Source: Hyaloraphidium curvatum SAG 235-1 (lineage: Eukaryota > Fungi > Monoblepharomycota). From it: a DNA stretch of 64,000 bases. Every line of letters starts with the position of its first letter. The stretch's first letter is position 1. The translations under genes were made by a program, and so were the position numbers. Of the stretch, positions 60,717 to 64,000 are shown one piece after another. Location of the stretch: contig JAIVFI010000011.1 in assembly GCA_025558095.1 (NCBI GenBank), positions 496,001 through 560,000 on the forward strand. Direction: 5' to 3'. The notes beneath the pieces were generated by a model that saw nothing but the letters and a program-made list of their open reading frames with translations, did no database searches and was not told the DNA's origin.

Positions 60717-63700
60717 TCATTGGAGCTGGGTAGAGTTGAGGGCATTCAGGAGGCGCTCGACGTCTCCCACAGTGTCGACGTAGGTCTTTGCTTCCGTCTA
60801 GAAAGGACCACGATCCGTCAGCTTTTAGCAAAGAGGGCGCAATCCGATCGTCGCGAAACGCACCTGCTTCTTGCCGACTGTGCACGTGATGGCGTTGTCG
60901 ACGTCGTGCAGCATGGAAAAGACGACCTCGTCCGTCTTGCCGTCGCCAACGCAGAGGATGAAGTCGGCGTCAGGAAAGTCCCTGAGGATGGCGCGGGCCG
61001 CCGTTGACTTGTCCACCATGGATGGCCGCAGCTCCAGCGTGCGGTTGCCGAGGATGATCTGCCGCGCTCGTGAGCTTCGCGTGCGGGTAATGGTCACGCA
61101 ACGGACACCCACCGACACGGCCATGTGGCTTAGGATCTTTTCCAGGTTGCTCTGCAACTCGGAAGCCTGCCAGCTGCCAAATTCTGAGGCCGTAACCGGT
61201 CAGTCCAACTCAACGACCTATAGAAGACTCGATTTACACGCACCGGGATCCGCGTTGCGGTAGTGGAACGTGACGTTGATCTCCTTCTCCTCGATGAAGG
61301 AACCCGGCGTCCGCTCCATGTAGTGCTGGAAGAGCGGCCTGATGGTGTCTTTCCACGTGTTGTCAACGGGGTCGACGAGCGCGAACCATCCGTTGTCGCG
61401 CCTGCGCGGCATGGACGGGAACCGCTGCGCGCTCGGGCTGTAGCCCATCCCGGGCGAGTTGGCGAGCCCGCTCCGTCCGCGCGGGGACCCGACCGTCGCC
61501 TCCGAAACGGACCCGCGGTGCCGGGCGCTCGAGCCGTCGCTGCCGATGCTGAAGGCCCGCGACCTCTGCTGGCCGCTGTCGCCGATGCTGATCGGCCGCT
61601 GCAGCGGCCCGTCGGCGCTGGAAATGGTGCGCTGCCTGGTCTGCGGCACCGGCAGGGCGGATTCGCCGATGTGGATGTCGTCCGGCTCCGGAATCTCGGG
61701 GCTCTTGGGCGACTCGCTCTCGAGGGCCTCCCAGAGCTTCTGCGGGTGCTTGTAGAAGCATCCGTGCTCGGCCGAGAGCCCGACGCCCGTGCCTTCGAAC
61801 CACCGCTCGAGGTGCATCCTGGAACGGCCCGACAGAACGTAGACGTAAGTGTCCTTCTTCATCGCGAGATTGCGCAGCATGTCGACAATGTGCGCGGATG
61901 GCTTGGCTGCAGGCTGGTCAGAAAAATGACGTCGAGGAATGCTGCGTTCGAACGAACCATATTCGGCGAGCTTGTGTGTCGCCGTCAGCGTGCCGTCGTA
62001 GTCGAGCAGGATGACCTTCTTGCCCTTGGATGCCGCGTACTTTTGCACGACGGTGTTCGTCTCGAGCTTTGGCAACGACATCCTGCTGTCGTACTCGGCG
62101 GCAACCCTCTGCCAAACCGCCAGATCAGCTTACTGCCGAAAGACAAAAGGCCCGGGGCACGCACCGTTAGCTCGGCAACGAAGCTGGTTCCCCAGTAGGC
62201 AGCCGTGTACTTGGTCACGTAGCGGTAAAGCTTCTGGTAGTTCTCCGCCCTCGCCTTGTCCGACATGGTCACGGCGTCGTGGATCGCATGCGCCAGCTCC
62301 TCCGTGTTCCACGGGTTGACGATAATGGAGCCGTTGAGGCTCTGCGCGGCGCCGGCAAACTCGGAAAGCACCATGACGCCGTGCCGCTCCTGCTGGCACG
62401 CGATGTACTCGTACGAGACGAGGTTCATGCCGTCCCGGGTCGAGGAGACGATGCAGGCGTCCGAGATGGCGTAGAGGGCGACGAGCTCCTCGAAGGTGAC
62501 GGACTTGTGCATGAAGTGGATTGGCATGTAGTCGACCGTGCCTGCCGAAACAGGTCAGACCGTGCTGCGACAGATGAAGAGCAAACTCACCAAAACGTCC
62601 GTTGATCCTGCCAACGAGTTCGTTTACCACCGTCTGCAGCCGCTGGTACTCCTCCACATCCTGCCGGCTGGGTACGGCGACCTGCACGAGCACCACCTTC
62701 TCGACCCATTCCGGGTGCTTGCTCAGGAACAGCTCCAGCGCGTGGAGCTTCTGCGGCACGCCCTTGATGTAGTCGAGCCGGTCCACGCCGACGAGGATCT
62801 TGGTCCCGGCGAACTTGGCCTCGAGCCGCGCGATCCGCTGCTTGATCGAAGGCTTCTGGAGGCCCTCGGCGAACTTGTCGGGGTCGATGCCGATGGGGAA
62901 GGTGCCCACGTGGACCAGGCGGCCCTCGAACTCGACGCCGTTGGGCATCGAGTGGAGGCCGAGGACGCGGGTGCAGGAGGAGAGGAAGTGTCGGGCTGCC
63001 AACTCACGCTTCAGTAACACTTCTCGGCGTCAGCCGCCAGATCCTCACCGTAGTCGTAGGTGTGGAACCCAAGCAGGTCCGAGTGCACCACGCCCATCAG
63101 AACTTCGCGTCGGACGGGAAGAATTCTGATCAAGGACGGGCCGTCAAGTGTGTCGTGGCGAACGGAACCCACTCCAAACTCACCGATAGATTTCCGAGCT
63201 GGGAAACGGCGTGTGCAGGAAGAAACCGATCTTGACGTTCAGCTTGGGATCAATCCGCTGGCGCAACATCATTGGAACGAGCATCTGAAGACGCGTGTTG
63301 AGTGGGGGAGGAGGACAAGCCGTTCCAGTCCTTCTCACCAGGTGGTAGTCGTGGATCCAGACCAGGTCGTCCTCCTTCACAATCTCGCTGATGGCATCGG
63401 CAAAGATCTCGTTGCACCGCTGGTAAGCGTCCCAGTATACCTCGGAGAACGAGATTTCGCCCGGGTGGTAGTGGAACAGGGGCCAGAGGATCGAGTTGGA
63501 GAAGCCGTTGTAGTGCTTGTCGGCCAGGTCGTCGGGAACAAACACCGGCACGGAGGAGTGCTGGCTCCGGAGCTGGTTCTTGACCGTTTCCTGCTCCTCA
63601 GGGGAGACTTCGAGGCCTGCCGGGGAGTCGCGTAAGAAACACCGCCCGCGCCGCCAAACGGGCCAACCAACCGGGCCATCCGATCCACGTGAACGACATC

Positions 63701-63900
63701 TGCTTCTTCAGCCCGCTCAGGGCCGACACCAGGCCGCCGGAGCTCATCGCGAACTTCCAGCCGTTCTCGGTCTTGGTTATCGTGATGGGCAGGCGGTTCG
63801 ACACGCAGAGCAAGCGTCCGGTGACGCCGGGGGAAAGATGGCCCTCGGGCTCGGCGGCAGAAGGGCCGGGTTCCGACGGAGCGGTGCCGTTGGCGGCCAT
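60717..63900 (-). CDS. TPS1: Trehalose-6-phosphate synthase (GT20) fused to a HAD trehalose-phosphatase domain, multi-exon
   Basis: SSGGLVSAL, WIGWPG, HYNGFSNSILWPLFHY, FFLHTPFPSSEIYR, VDRLDYIKGVPQK, DGMNLVSYEY; TPP motifs LDYDGTL, SGR, AEHG, GDGKTDE. Confidence 0.9.
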
Positions 63901-64000
63901 CGTTGCGGGGCACGTCAGCGGGTGGGGCGCCTGTCGTGCTCCGCGCGCTGCACACGTCGAAACTCCCGAAAGACCGCGGAACTGCGGTCAGGGCATATGA

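Overview
GC-rich eukaryotic DNA with short (~45-65 bp) GT-AG introns. The gene content looks fungal, probably an early-diverging (chytrid-like) lineage; this is inference. Positions 6083-43948 are a head-to-tail array with an ~11,078-11,079 bp period built from a Ty3/gypsy LTR retrotransposon. The element has 476-bp LTRs, gag, a -1 frameshift into pol with the integrase catalytic core deleted, and an extra coiled-coil ORF behind its own LTR-like promoter. Two insertions of this family (A, with TSD ATCC; B, at CATG) hit the same host gene 1.28 kb apart. B's LTR carries a nested 5'-truncated RLE-type non-LTR retrotransposon with an 11-bp TSD. Unequal recombination between A and B best explains three full units plus a divergent, truncated fourth copy. 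The left flank holds a WTAP/Mum2 homolog, an intron-containing Fanzor/TnpB-like C-terminal gene (RuvC-III Asp replaced by Asn) followed by a hairpin-rich candidate omegaRNA region, a frameshifted F-box/LRR gene and CDC23. The right flank holds a divergent pair of IRG/IIGP-like GTPases (both damaged), a SET-domain protein, a secreted Cys-rich protein, a HERP-like UBL protein, a gustatory-receptor-like membrane protein, a C2H2 transcription factor, a GSDH-NPCBM secreted protein and a fused trehalose-6-phosphate synthase/phosphatase. All family calls come from motif recognition by eye; no database searches were run.
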